IMG/VR virus record: IMGVR_UViG_3300035670_000009
Coordinates: 96,001 to 160,000 of that record
DNA: 64,000 bases
DNA from: a virus
Taxonomy: Duplodnaviria > Caudoviricetes
Direction: 5' to 3' (one strand)
The position numbers were made by a program, and so were the translations under genes. Shown here piece after piece: positions 35,800 to 45,630 of the stretch. Within the stretch, counting starts at the first letter, position 1. Every line of letters begins with the position of its first letter. The notes below the pieces were generated by a model. The model was not told the DNA's origin. It did not search any database and saw only the letters and a list, made by a program, of their open reading frames with translations.

Positions 35800-36267
35800 T
35801 TACCCTCCGTGTGCGCTGCCGACGTTAATAGTATTTTCCACAGCTTGCTTAAAAAACGAAAACACGCCTCTGCCGCCTAATCCGTGGCCCTTTAGCCGCC
35901 CGTGCATTAAAGACGCGCAGCGCACAAGAGAGGCGTGCCGCATACGAAAAGCGCGCTCTTCACTGGCCATAAAATCGGCCTGCCACTTCATTGCGATCAG
36001 GTCGCCCGAGTTGCCGCCTTGCTGCCCAGGACCCGCCAAAATGGTTTCAGAGTAAAGCTGATTGATGTTGTTGCGATCCCACGGCGGGTTGTGCAAACTG
36101 GGCACATCGAGCAGGTCTCGGGTTTTAAGCTCCTCGGGTGTGTGCCACAGTCGGAGATCGCTCTGTGTTTTGAACTGCTCAGACATCTTCTGAGCTTTCT
36201 GTTCCAGATCGCTGATCCGCTTTGAGTACTTCGGATCGACCTGTCCGCGGCTGGTACCGTGTCCCAT
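35800..36267 (-). CDS. Hypothetical protein (155 aa)
   Basis: Tightly tiled between the sigma factor and gp25-like gene. Confidence 0.72.
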   Translation of the reverse strand: MGHGTSRGQVDPKYSKRISDLEQKAQKMSEQFKTQSDLRLWHTPEELKTRDLLDVPSLHNPPWDRNNINQLYSETILAGPGQQGGNSGDLIAMKWQADFMASEERAFRMRHASLVRCASLMHGRLKGHGLGGRGVFSFFKQAVENTINVGSAHGG

Positions 36268-36269
36268 TT

Positions 36270-37082
36270 TTAGAACCCTCCTTGGCTGTAACGCTTATCG
36301 AGCATGGCCTGAATCTTGGCGGCGCGCTGGCTCACGGCGCCTGGCGTGATGTTCAATCGCTTGGAGATCTCCTGAGTGCTGGCCGCGCGACGGCCGTTGC
36401 GCCCCAAAGTCATATCCATAATCAGCTTGTCGGTCGGGCCCAGATCTTCGTAGACGAAGTTCGCCCAGGCGTCTGCGCCGCGGTTGGCGCCGGGGACCGT
36501 GCTCGCTACGCCGCCGTCCTGGCTCTCGTCGTCGTTTTCAAGAATCGTTGCGCTCTCGGGAAGCGGCTGGTGAAACGCGCGGATCTTCTTGATTCGCCGG
36601 GCCGAGAGGTTTGTGTGGTCGGACAACTCGTCGTCAGTCGGGTCGCGCCCCAGGCGGTCGCGCAGCTCGTTCTCGCTTTCGGAAAGCCGTTGGAAGTCGA
36701 GGCCCACCTGCTCGGGCACCGAAATGATGTTCTGTTCTTGAGCTGACAGGCGGCGCAGGCTTTGAAGCTGGCTGAGCAGGTGCGTCCGGACGTTGCCTTT
36801 TTTGGGGTCGTAGCTTTCCATAGCCTTTAGTGCCATCAGCCGCGCCCGTGTCTTAATCGTCGGGCTCGGGTTGTTCGCTGCGTAGCTGGAAACGGCCGTA
36901 TCGATGACCGGCTGCACCGTTGAGAGCAGCCGCGTGTTTACTTCCGGCGTGCGCGTAGTCTGCCACTGCTGGTAAACCGAATCGAACTCGTCGCCGACGC
37001 CGGTCGGGTTCTTAGGCTTGGAAAACGGCGGGGCGATGTCGCCCAGAATTGACGGCATACCTTGAAGTTTGTCTTGGGGCAT
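36270..37082 (-). CDS. Phage sigma-70 family RNA polymerase sigma factor (FliA/WhiG-like regions 2-3-4)
   Basis: ALKAMESYDPKKGNVRTH (region 2), LGRDPTDDELS (region 3), STQEISKRLNITPGAVSQ (region 4 HTH). Confidence 0.85.
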   Translation of the reverse strand: MPQDKLQGMPSILGDIAPPFSKPKNPTGVGDEFDSVYQQWQTTRTPEVNTRLLSTVQPVIDTAVSSYAANNPSPTIKTRARLMALKAMESYDPKKGNVRTHLLSQLQSLRRLSAQEQNIISVPEQVGLDFQRLSESENELRDRLGRDPTDDELSDHTNLSARRIKKIRAFHQPLPESATILENDDESQDGGVASTVPGANRGADAWANFVYEDLGPTDKLIMDMTLGRNGRRAASTQEISKRLNITPGAVSQRAAKIQAMLDKRYSQGGF

Positions 37083-37091
37083 TGTTCAACC

Positions 37092-38801
37092 TCAAAATCC
37101 AAATATGCCTAAAATGCCGCCGCCACCTTGTTTTATTGCAAGCGGCGCGCCGGTCCACGGCTGCTCGTACATTGGAGGTCTCTCCGCAGAGCCGCACGTT
37201 TCGCAATTTGTAATCGTGCGCGTGTTATTTTCCTCGTTTGTTCGAATGTGCGCCAGCGCGAAACTGGTTCCAGCAGTGGCCTTTTCAGAGTTGATTACAA
37301 ACGACACCTGCGTCACCGTTGCGTATAACGAGTCGTCAGGCGCGGGCGTAAGCCAGCCGCCCGGTCGTTGGTCGCGCGGCGGGATCTCGATTTTCACGAT
37401 GCTTCCCGGCGCAATGTCAAAACGCAGCTTGCCCGACATTTCGCCATAGCGCTGGCTGAGCAGCTCGGTTTTGTACCAGTGCTCGGCGAATCTGGTGAGC
37501 GCTTTGCTTTCCTGCTGTTCCCGCAAGGCATCGTGCGGCACTAACCAATTAGGCGGCGGGGAGCCCTCACCCGTTTGCGGTTCCATTGTGTCGCCCACCG
37601 GTCGCGCCGTCGTGCCGGTTGTGCGACCGGTAAAAACGGCATCTGGCACAAAGTTCGCCATCCACCCAGGCGCTTCCTTGAGAAGTTTTAATCCCTGCTT
37701 GTCTTGATTGACTTGCAGTGGGTAATAGCCCAACGGCGCTTGCAGGCTGGGCGGCGGCGGAGTTTCACCGCCAATCTGATAGTTCGTAAAGGACGGCTGC
37801 TGGGAGTAAAAGATATCTACTGATTCCAGCAACTGCGACATGTTCGCGTTGAAATTAGCGTAACCGTACTCGTCGGCGTAAATCGTGATGTATTCTTTTT
37901 TCAACCCAGCAAAGAACGGCACAGGCAACGCGAACTCAACGCTGGGAGAAATAGCGAAAAAGAATTGCGACGCGTATTCTCCAATGAGTTTGCTCCAGTA
38001 AGTTGTGTACGCGAACGATTCAAGTGCTTCTTTGCTGATAGCCATTTGGACAGCGTACTGAATGTTGTTTGAATCAAGCCCGTTGATATCTAAAGCCAGT
38101 GGTTTGTAGTATTGTTCGCCTTTGCCGGGCATGCGCTCTAGCGCGGCTAGTGCGGCGGTGTTCGTCTCGCCGCCCGCGTCGGTCTGATAACGCGGCGACG
38201 GAAACCGCGCAATGCTTTCAAACGCGGGGCGAAGTACTTTTTTCCACATGTCTGCGCGGATGTTGGTCGGCGTAATAAGTGTGCCGTCCGGATCAATTGC
38301 AGGAACAGTAGACCACCGACCCCCGCCGGTGCCTGCGTTCGGGTCGACAATGTAATAAGCCGCATTTTGCGCCAGGTCATACGGGGCGCCGGGCTGCCAA
38401 TTGCCGTTGATCATTGACGAGTTATTCAAGTCGTCAAGCCAGTGGATTAAGTTGAGCGTGTAGTTTGACGAATTGAAAGAACGCGAATAGCCAATGCCGA
38501 TGTAAAAACCCTCAAAAATGGTGAACGTCCCGGCAGGCATCTTGTCTTCCTGCCCGTCTGTGGTTTCGATAGTCAGTGTTACTGTGGCTTTATCGCGCGG
38601 CTTCAACTGGCTTTTTACGCGGTGGATTGTTGCTTCTTCGTTCGTGTCGACGCGCCTGCCAGTGGCGACCATCATTGACGCGCAGGGAATTGAGTTCAAC
38701 CCAAACGTCGCCGAGAAAGAAATGACGTCCAGAAACTCGACGCCGCCGATTTTGGCGCTGAGCTTAAATTTTGAAACGACGTAGGGCGTGCTGAATGCCA
38801 T
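37092..38801 (-). CDS. Putative baseplate hub protein (gp27/gp44-like)
   Basis: C-terminal GKLRFDIAPGSIVKI...YATVTQVSFVI...TSFALAHIR resembles hub proteins; ATG at 38801. Confidence 0.6.
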   Translation of the reverse strand: MAFSTPYVVSKFKLSAKIGGVEFLDVISFSATFGLNSIPCASMMVATGRRVDTNEEATIHRVKSQLKPRDKATVTLTIETTDGQEDKMPAGTFTIFEGFYIGIGYSRSFNSSNYTLNLIHWLDDLNNSSMINGNWQPGAPYDLAQNAAYYIVDPNAGTGGGRWSTVPAIDPDGTLITPTNIRADMWKKVLRPAFESIARFPSPRYQTDAGGETNTAALAALERMPGKGEQYYKPLALDINGLDSNNIQYAVQMAISKEALESFAYTTYWSKLIGEYASQFFFAISPSVEFALPVPFFAGLKKEYITIYADEYGYANFNANMSQLLESVDIFYSQQPSFTNYQIGGETPPPPSLQAPLGYYPLQVNQDKQGLKLLKEAPGWMANFVPDAVFTGRTTGTTARPVGDTMEPQTGEGSPPPNWLVPHDALREQQESKALTRFAEHWYKTELLSQRYGEMSGKLRFDIAPGSIVKIEIPPRDQRPGGWLTPAPDDSLYATVTQVSFVINSEKATAGTSFALAHIRTNEENNTRTITNCETCGSAERPPMYEQPWTGAPLAIKQGGGGILGIFGF

Positions 38802-38802
38802 G

Positions 38803-39627
38803 TTATGCCGCAACCTCGATGTGTGTGCCGGACTGCAGTATTTCGTTGGTGCGGTAAATCGTAGCCAAAATCAATCCGCCGAGCCGGTAGATCGGATTAG
38901 GGTGGTCAAACCAGAGCTGCTTGAATGTGGCAAACGGTTCTCGGCCAGTGCCCACGCCAAACAGCTCCAGAAACAACGGCTCGCCCAAAAGCTCTAAGAT
39001 CGGCACGGCAGTGGTGAGAATGTTGCCGGGTTGGACGCGGGTATAAATCGTCCAGTCGACGGTCATCGGGGGGCGCGGCACTTGGAACGACACGCCGGTG
39101 TTGTCGAGCGGCACCGTTTGAGACAGGTCATTTAAAAACACCAGCGGCGTTGTCACGCTGTTGCTCCGCGTACCAAGCGGCGTGAGAATCGCCTCCCAAT
39201 CACCGTCAGCCGCGGTGACGCGCAGCGTAAACTCGCGAACGCTCCGGCCCCGGGCGCTGTCAGCGAACAAGTCGCCGCGCAGGAACGGCGGCTGCGCGGC
39301 GAAGCCGAAGTACTGCGTGATTACTAGTCTTTTTTCTGTTTCGTAAAACGGGCGGGCCGGTTCTGGCCAATAAGTCACGCGCGGATCGAGCGCGTAGACA
39401 AATTCTGCCAACTCGGTTTGATGTAAATGCGCCATCAGCTCACGAACACGGAAATTCAAAAAGTACCGGTCTGGCGCCGTGCCAAACAAGATCCGCCGCA
39501 CGCGCTGCAGGTACGACGGCAGCGAAAGCGGCGCGTAGTTTGCCGGGATGTATTCCTCGCCAAGTTCTTGGCGCTGATTGCTGGCGCCAGAAACGTTCAG
39601 CAGGAGAGTGCGGGCGTGGTTAATCAT
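38803..39627 (-). CDS. Putative baseplate-associated structural protein (274 aa)
   Basis: Position between tape measure and hub; clean ORF. Confidence 0.6.
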   Translation of the reverse strand: MINHARTLLLNVSGASNQRQELGEEYIPANYAPLSLPSYLQRVRRILFGTAPDRYFLNFRVRELMAHLHQTELAEFVYALDPRVTYWPEPARPFYETEKRLVITQYFGFAAQPPFLRGDLFADSARGRSVREFTLRVTAADGDWEAILTPLGTRSNSVTTPLVFLNDLSQTVPLDNTGVSFQVPRPPMTVDWTIYTRVQPGNILTTAVPILELLGEPLFLELFGVGTGREPFATFKQLWFDHPNPIYRLGGLILATIYRTNEILQSGTHIEVAA

Positions 39628-39633
39628 GACAAA

Positions 39634-40119
39634 TCAGTTCTTCGGGATAACGTGAATACGGAGCACGTACTGGCACACAGGGATGTCTGGCCGCGCAATT
39701 TCGGCGCGCATACCAGTGAGAAACCCATAAAAAGCCTGCACGTTGCCAAACGACACTCGAATTGCTTCTCTTTTCGAGCTGATGCGGTTGCGTTCGTAAA
39801 GATCCCAAAGATCGTCGATCGCGTCTTTCTGTTCGGCAAAGAACCCGCCAAAAATACCCGCCGCACATGCCCGTTTGATAAAAGCCATGCCGGTGACATT
39901 CAATTCTCCGACGCGGTCACCAAACGCGTAGAAATAGATGAAATCGCTGACTGTGTGTAAGAACTGATAGTTGCCGCCAACTTCTAGCGCAAAGCCTGTG
40001 ACTGGTAATGTAATTTGACGATTGTCGAGTTTGATACGAAACAACACGCTGTCATCATTGCATTTGGTTGGCAAGCGGGCCACAACTCCATCACATTGTT
40101 TGAACAAAAGATTTGCCAT
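39634..40119 (-). CDS. Putative tube-initiator/baseplate protein (161 aa)
   Basis: Immediately downstream of the tape measure; beta-rich, tube-like size. Confidence 0.5.
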   Translation of the reverse strand: MANLLFKQCDGVVARLPTKCNDDSVLFRIKLDNRQITLPVTGFALEVGGNYQFLHTVSDFIYFYAFGDRVGELNVTGMAFIKRACAAGIFGGFFAEQKDAIDDLWDLYERNRISSKREAIRVSFGNVQAFYGFLTGMRAEIARPDIPVCQYVLRIHVIPKN

Positions 40120-40121
40120 GA

Positions 40122-43100
40122 TTAAGTTCCAAACACGGGCACGCCGCCTTCTGGCGTTTCCATCGGGCGATTGCCCGTGGCGCTGAGCATTGCCTCTTGC
40201 AGGCCGCGAAGTGAAAGCGTGCCGTTGATTGAGATTTCTTTTCCTCCGCCGCCAGGCTCAGCGGCCTGCTGCGGCGGTGGGCGGTCGGCTTGCGAGGTGT
40301 TGACCGTCTGCTGCACCGCTTGCGTAGCGGCAGTCGCGGCGGGGTCTTCTTCCGTGAAAATCTTGTACGCTTCTGCCCCGAGCCCGGCGACGCCGCCAAT
40401 CACGGCACCGGCGGCAGCGCCAATACCCGCACCGACGCCAAAAAAAGGCGTGCCGATCGCGGCGCCAATTGCTGCTCCGGTCATCGCTCCGCCGCCCGCG
40501 GCGCCGAGCATACCCATCGCTTTGTCTTTGTCTGACCCTTTCTCGATGCCAACCAAGTCGCTCATCATGCTGCCGCTGGAGGCGTCGCCCGTGAGCATGC
40601 CCAAAATACCGCCCTCGATCGCGCCGCGTCCGTTTTCTGCGCCTTCAAAAGCACCAGCCACGCCTCCGAGCAAAGGCGAAAGAAACGGCGCGACTTTACT
40701 GACGGGTGCAAGAAACCTGGCGGTAGCGGCAGCCCTGGAGCCAAATGACGCGGCAGCAGAAACACCTGATACGCGGCTGGCCGCGCGGGCCGCCATGCCC
40801 GCGCCCGTAGCTACGTTGTCTGCCGTATCGAGGACGGTCTTGGCAGTAGAGGCGGCGAACTGGCCGTGATTGACGTCCTCGCCGTTAAGGGCGGCCAGGC
40901 CCGTGCTGGCGCTGTCGTATACGCTCGCGGCACTGGCGGCCGTGTTTACGGCGAACATGGCGGTGTCGATGGCGCCGCCTACCCTCGGGCCGCCAGCCTC
41001 TTCATCAGCCATAGCGGTTCGAAAAGCCGCGGCACTTTCAGGGTCGATACGTGCGTCGGCGCGGTGAAATGCTGTAGCCTGATTCACTGCTTCAGCAGTT
41101 TCTCCTTCTGCGCCAATCGTATGAAGTTGGTCGGCAGCGGCGGCTCTATTTATAGATACCGCCGTACGGCTGAAGCGCGCGGGCGAAACAATATCGCGCG
41201 CTGCTGGTTGCTGCTCGGCAGAAACTGCCGTGCGAGCTTGTTGCACAGCCGATGTAGTGTCACTCACCGCCAGTGGTTGCTGCTCGGCAGAAACTGCCGC
41301 GGCGATGTCTTGCGCCGCAGTATTTGAAATACTTGCGCCGCGTTGATTTACAGTTTCATCAGATTCTGCAGCGGCACTTTGTGTTTCGTTTTGTGCGTTA
41401 ACGTTGTTAACGTCCAACGCGCGAAAAGCGTCAAACTCTTGACCGGTCATGCGCCCGACCAATTCGTTTTCGGCTGTCTGGTTCCTGGTCGTGTTCGGCG
41501 CAGTCGTTACAGCTTCGGCAACTTGCTCTGCGGGTGTGCTTCGTGTTGCAATAGCCTCTGCGCGACTAAAACCCGCGCCAGACAAATCTGCGCGCTTGGC
41601 GTTGCGCAGGGCGTCTGCTTGCGCCATCATCTGTTCTCTTTGGCGGCGCGGAAGGCGTCTTGAGAGCTGTTCTGCTGTCACGTCGCTGGCACCGGCGACG
41701 TACTGCCGCAGCATGTCAGCGTCGCGCCCTGTGCCGCGCCCGAAAGCCTGCTCAGCTAGAGCGGTCACGCCTTCGGTCCGGGCGCTGTCGTTGGCGCCCT
41801 CATACATCCCCGTGAGAATACGTTCGGCCCGCGTGCGTTCTGTGTCGTTTCGGGCGCCCTGGTACATGTCGAGCGCAGCCCCGATTCCAGCCGCCATTTC
41901 GGGGGCGTACCGGTTCTGCATCTGGTTGATGTCTTGAACGTTGAGCAGATCTTTCGCCGCCTGTGCGCCAGAGTAATTTGGATCCTTTCCCATCTTCTCG
42001 AGTACTTCGCCACTGCGCTGAAGAAAACTCGACTTCTGGCCCATTGAGACCCGCTTCTCGCGCTCAGCCCGGTCGGCGTATTTAACGCCGTCATCGCGGA
42101 CGCGTTCCTGGCTGCTGTTGATCTGGTCATGCGCTGTAAGTTGCTGCCCGGTACGCGAGGTTACGTAGGCGTTGCTCTGCGCGGCGATGCCCGAGAGGCT
42201 TTCAATGCGCTGCCCTTCGGTCTCGCCAAACATCGCCTGACTGGCCTGCTCGGCGCGTTGCCGGGCTTGCCGCCGGGGCACGCCGCGGGATTCGTAATAT
42301 TGCGCCATCATGTCGACATGGCGCTTTTCCAAATGTTTGGCGCGGTCCTCGCTCGACATGCCGCCCGTCTCTTCAACAATGACCTGCGCGAAACCGCGGC
42401 TGAGCGCTTGCGCCATGTCGTTACGCTCGCGCTCAAAATCTTCTTCACTTTGGGCGCCTATGCCCATGAAGCCACGATTGCGCAAGGCGTCAAACCGATC
42501 ACCGGTCATCCGCCCGATCAGCTCACCCTGGATGACCTGGTTGCCCAGGTGCTTTTGCATTTCCCGCTTCTGAGCCTCTAGCTCCAGGCCCGAGCTGTAC
42601 TTTTCGGCGGTGGCGGGGTCGTAATAGAAAGAGTTAAACGTCTGTGCGTTACCGCCGGAAGCCTGGAGAATCCCCAAGGCACCCCCGCGCCCGGACTGCG
42701 CCACAATCTCAGCCAAGTTGCGCTGCTGGCCGCCAAACTCGTAGGTGCCGCCCGAACTGGGGTCGTTGTAGGCCTTCATTGCGGCCTCCAACTCAGTTCC
42801 TGCGTACATCTCCTTGTTCTGCTGGTACATCCGGTTGAGCGCGGCCATGCTCTTTCCGGCTTCGGATTTTTGCCCGCGGTAGATTCGCTCTTGAGTTTCC
42901 TGGATCGCCTCGCCCTCGGTCATGTCCCCATAGAGCTTGCGGCTGAACATTCCTTCCCGTTGCATGGCGGCCACGTTCTGCATGGTCTGCATGTTGGCCG
43001 CCATCTGCATGTGCGCCGGGGTGCCGTGCATTTGGCCCAGTGCCGTACCATGCGCGCCGATCATCGCGATGGACTCGAGATTCATGCCAGCGTCCTGCGC

Positions 43101-44240
43101 AACAAGCCGCATTTGCCGCATCGAATTCTCGACCTTGTTGGGATCTAGCCGGTCGATCGATCCCGCACTGAACTCGTCCAGCGCCTCGATGAGCGCCGAC
43201 ATGGGAGCGTCGCCAGCGCCGTTGTCGCCGAAGATCTCGCGTACAGCGTCCAGCGCGCCCATGTAATCTTTGGCGACCTTGCCAACGCGCTGGGCGTCAA
43301 CGTTGCGCGCTGACATGCCGTAACCGTCCATCTTTTCAATATCTTGGGGGCTGCGCGCGCGGGCGTCTCCTGCGTTAAACCGGTCGATCTCCTGAAAGGT
43401 GTTGTCAAGGCGCTTACGAAACTCCGGTTTGCGCGCTTCGAGCATCTTGGCCCGCTCTTCTGTCGTAGCGCTGGCGTAGTCCTCCTGTTTCAGCATCTCG
43501 CTGTGACCAAACTGCTCAGCCAGGCGGTTCATTGTTTTGTCGTCGCGCTGCGAAGCGGATATTGCGCGGACTCGTTCGGCGGGATTTAATTCGCCCAGAC
43601 TTTGCGGCAGCTGGCCGCGCTGAAATAAGTTTGTAAGCACCTCGCCAGTCTGCCCGGCCATAAAGCCGTGCATTTGGTCTATATCTGCTTCTTCCCCGTA
43701 CAGCGTCTGATACAGACCGCGAGAAAAGTCCGTCATCGATTCGGCGGTCATTCGAGTACCGCCCATCGTGTCTTTTCGAAAAAAGTTCATCTGGTTGGCC
43801 GCGTTTGCCAACGCTCCCGGGTCGCCCTGGCGCCCAAACATGAGGGCCTCCAGGTTCTCCGGCCCGACAGCCATTGCCGCGAGCGATTTGACGATGGGGT
43901 TGTTCGCGACCTGGGCGAACATGGCCGCCTGCTCGCGATTGAGATCTGTCGCTGGGGAGTCGGTTACCAGCGCCCGCAACCCGAGAAACCGCGAGGCTAC
44001 GGCGGCATTTCCCTGCTCATTGCTCGCTCCGGCCGCGGCGAGCTGGTCGCGCTGGTAGCGACTGGCAAGAAACTGGTCCGAAAGCGCCTGCGACGGGACC
44101 AGATGCGGAATGAAGTTTTGCGGGCCAGCCGCTTGTTGCAAAAGCGGCGACCCAAACATCATAAAGGTCAGCGCCATGGGGTCGTCCATGAGCGCCTGAT
44201 TCATGCCAGGAGAGTAATTGGGCGGCCGGAAACTGTTCAT
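40122..44240 (-). CDS. Tape measure-like protein (1372 aa)
   Basis: Long Ala/Gly/Gln/Met-rich helical protein with C-terminal glycine-zipper hydrophobic segments, after tube and chaperone-like genes. Confidence 0.72.
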   Translation of the reverse strand: MNSFRPPNYSPGMNQALMDDPMALTFMMFGSPLLQQAAGPQNFIPHLVPSQALSDQFLASRYQRDQLAAAGASNEQGNAAVASRFLGLRALVTDSPATDLNREQAAMFAQVANNPIVKSLAAMAVGPENLEALMFGRQGDPGALANAANQMNFFRKDTMGGTRMTAESMTDFSRGLYQTLYGEEADIDQMHGFMAGQTGEVLTNLFQRGQLPQSLGELNPAERVRAISASQRDDKTMNRLAEQFGHSEMLKQEDYASATTEERAKMLEARKPEFRKRLDNTFQEIDRFNAGDARARSPQDIEKMDGYGMSARNVDAQRVGKVAKDYMGALDAVREIFGDNGAGDAPMSALIEALDEFSAGSIDRLDPNKVENSMRQMRLVAQDAGMNLESIAMIGAHGTALGQMHGTPAHMQMAANMQTMQNVAAMQREGMFSRKLYGDMTEGEAIQETQERIYRGQKSEAGKSMAALNRMYQQNKEMYAGTELEAAMKAYNDPSSGGTYEFGGQQRNLAEIVAQSGRGGALGILQASGGNAQTFNSFYYDPATAEKYSSGLELEAQKREMQKHLGNQVIQGELIGRMTGDRFDALRNRGFMGIGAQSEEDFERERNDMAQALSRGFAQVIVEETGGMSSEDRAKHLEKRHVDMMAQYYESRGVPRRQARQRAEQASQAMFGETEGQRIESLSGIAAQSNAYVTSRTGQQLTAHDQINSSQERVRDDGVKYADRAEREKRVSMGQKSSFLQRSGEVLEKMGKDPNYSGAQAAKDLLNVQDINQMQNRYAPEMAAGIGAALDMYQGARNDTERTRAERILTGMYEGANDSARTEGVTALAEQAFGRGTGRDADMLRQYVAGASDVTAEQLSRRLPRRQREQMMAQADALRNAKRADLSGAGFSRAEAIATRSTPAEQVAEAVTTAPNTTRNQTAENELVGRMTGQEFDAFRALDVNNVNAQNETQSAAAESDETVNQRGASISNTAAQDIAAAVSAEQQPLAVSDTTSAVQQARTAVSAEQQPAARDIVSPARFSRTAVSINRAAAADQLHTIGAEGETAEAVNQATAFHRADARIDPESAAAFRTAMADEEAGGPRVGGAIDTAMFAVNTAASAASVYDSASTGLAALNGEDVNHGQFAASTAKTVLDTADNVATGAGMAARAASRVSGVSAAASFGSRAAATARFLAPVSKVAPFLSPLLGGVAGAFEGAENGRGAIEGGILGMLTGDASSGSMMSDLVGIEKGSDKDKAMGMLGAAGGGAMTGAAIGAAIGTPFFGVGAGIGAAAGAVIGGVAGLGAEAYKIFTEEDPAATAATQAVQQTVNTSQADRPPPQQAAEPGGGGKEISINGTLSLRGLQEAMLSATGNRPMETPEGGVPVFGT

Positions 44241-44248
44241 GCGCGTAC

Positions 44249-44656
44249 CTATTTTTCAAGCGTTTCCTGTCGCCACCGTTCTTGTGCGCGCTTATAGCGG
44301 TCAATCAAGTTTCGTATTTCAGGCTTTATTGTATCTTTTTGTCCTTCAGCTTCGGGTCGCGATTGATCAATTGCGACCCACGGGTAAATCACTTTTTGCA
44401 GGTCAATAAGCGCGGTTTCCACGCGTTTTTTGACGTCCTCGTAGCTTTCTTCCGTCAAACGGCCGTGCGCAATAAATGCGAGCCAGTGCCGCTGTACAGC
44501 CTCAAACAGCTCTTCGTCATTCCTCCGCTGCATTTCTTTGATGACAAGGCGGTGGCGAATTCTCCAATAGATATCTTTGGGATCGGCTCGGGAGTAATCG
44601 ATCGCTCCCGATGCGGCGGCCCGCACCATTAAGGCCGCTAGGCGATCCCGTTCCAA
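44249..44656 (-). CDS. Hypothetical protein, possible tail-chaperone extension (gpT-like)
   Basis: Overlaps the end of 44638..45618 in the -1 frame, directly upstream of the tape measure; start uncertain (TTG 44656 or ATG 44629). Confidence 0.62.
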   Translation of the reverse strand: MERDRLAALMVRAAASGAIDYSRADPKDIYWRIRHRLVIKEMQRRNDEELFEAVQRHWLAFIAHGRLTEESYEDVKKRVETALIDLQKVIYPWVAIDQSRPEAEGQKDTIKPEIRNLIDRYKRAQERWRQETLEK

Positions 44657-45618
44657 AAAGACGGTTCGAGCGCCATCGCTTCGAGGGCTTCTACCAGACG
44701 CTGAAACTGTCGGAGGTGCTGTCCGACAAGTCGCCTGGTAACCTCGTGAGCGAGAACTTTGGTGTTCACGTAATTCGTCAAAGTGACTATCGGGCTTTCT
44801 CCGTCAACCGCAGGAAGCTCGCCCAGCGCAGGAACAACCGCCGTCGGTTTACCGTTGGCGTCAACAATTGCCACAAGGCTTAACGCCATGCGGTATTCGA
44901 GCATCTGTACAAACCATTCTGCTTCCGTCACGATGCGCTTGGATTCCTGGTCTAAAACCAGCTGGCGGTGAATCATCTTGTTTTCATCTGCCAAAATGGT
45001 GTTAAACATTACCACCATCTTGCCGCCAAACATCGGATAGTCCCGCTTGAATTTCGTGCCTCCCAGCGCGGCTGCCAAGAAGTCTTCCTTGTCCAAATCG
45101 GTGGGTACGATTTCAAACCGTTGCCGCATGTCCCAGCCGCACCGCGGGCAAAAAGGCAACACTGCCATCGGCGTCGTGCCTGTGGTGTCTGCCGATGTTG
45201 CGGGCACCTCGGGCGGCGTGGCGCGTTCTTCTGGTCGCGGTTCTGTTGCCGCGTCCGTGACTGTGGCGCGATCGTCGATGATCTGCGGGGTCGCGTCGTC
45301 GTCCTTGAGCGTACGCAGTAATTGCTGCGCCGCCGGATTTAAGTGCTCCATCGCGGCGTCAGCCGCCCGCTGTTTTGCGGCAGCAGCGGCGGCGACTCGC
45401 GCAGCCGCCAACATTTGCTTGATTTCTTCGACAGTGGCGGGTGGCAGTGCGGCGACGTCAACTAGCACGTCCGTTCGCGGAGACGGCGGTAACGTCTCGC
45501 GCAACTTAACGAGCATCGGGCCCAGTTCGGCGGGAATTGCGTCGCCGTCTTTCCAGCCGAATTGGCCAAGTGTTTTCTTGGTGAATTCAGATACGTGCGG
45601 TGTATCGACCAGGTCCAT
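44638..45618 (-). CDS. Putative tail assembly chaperone
   Basis: AAGGAG before ATG; C-terminal helical domain ending LEAMALEPSFW; position between spike and tape measure; internal CPRC. Confidence 0.55.
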   Translation of the reverse strand: MDLVDTPHVSEFTKKTLGQFGWKDGDAIPAELGPMLVKLRETLPPSPRTDVLVDVAALPPATVEEIKQMLAAARVAAAAAAKQRAADAAMEHLNPAAQQLLRTLKDDDATPQIIDDRATVTDAATEPRPEERATPPEVPATSADTTGTTPMAVLPFCPRCGWDMRQRFEIVPTDLDKEDFLAAALGGTKFKRDYPMFGGKMVVMFNTILADENKMIHRQLVLDQESKRIVTEAEWFVQMLEYRMALSLVAIVDANGKPTAVVPALGELPAVDGESPIVTLTNYVNTKVLAHEVTRRLVGQHLRQFQRLVEALEAMALEPSFWNGIA

Positions 45619-45630
45619 GGGGCACTCCTT

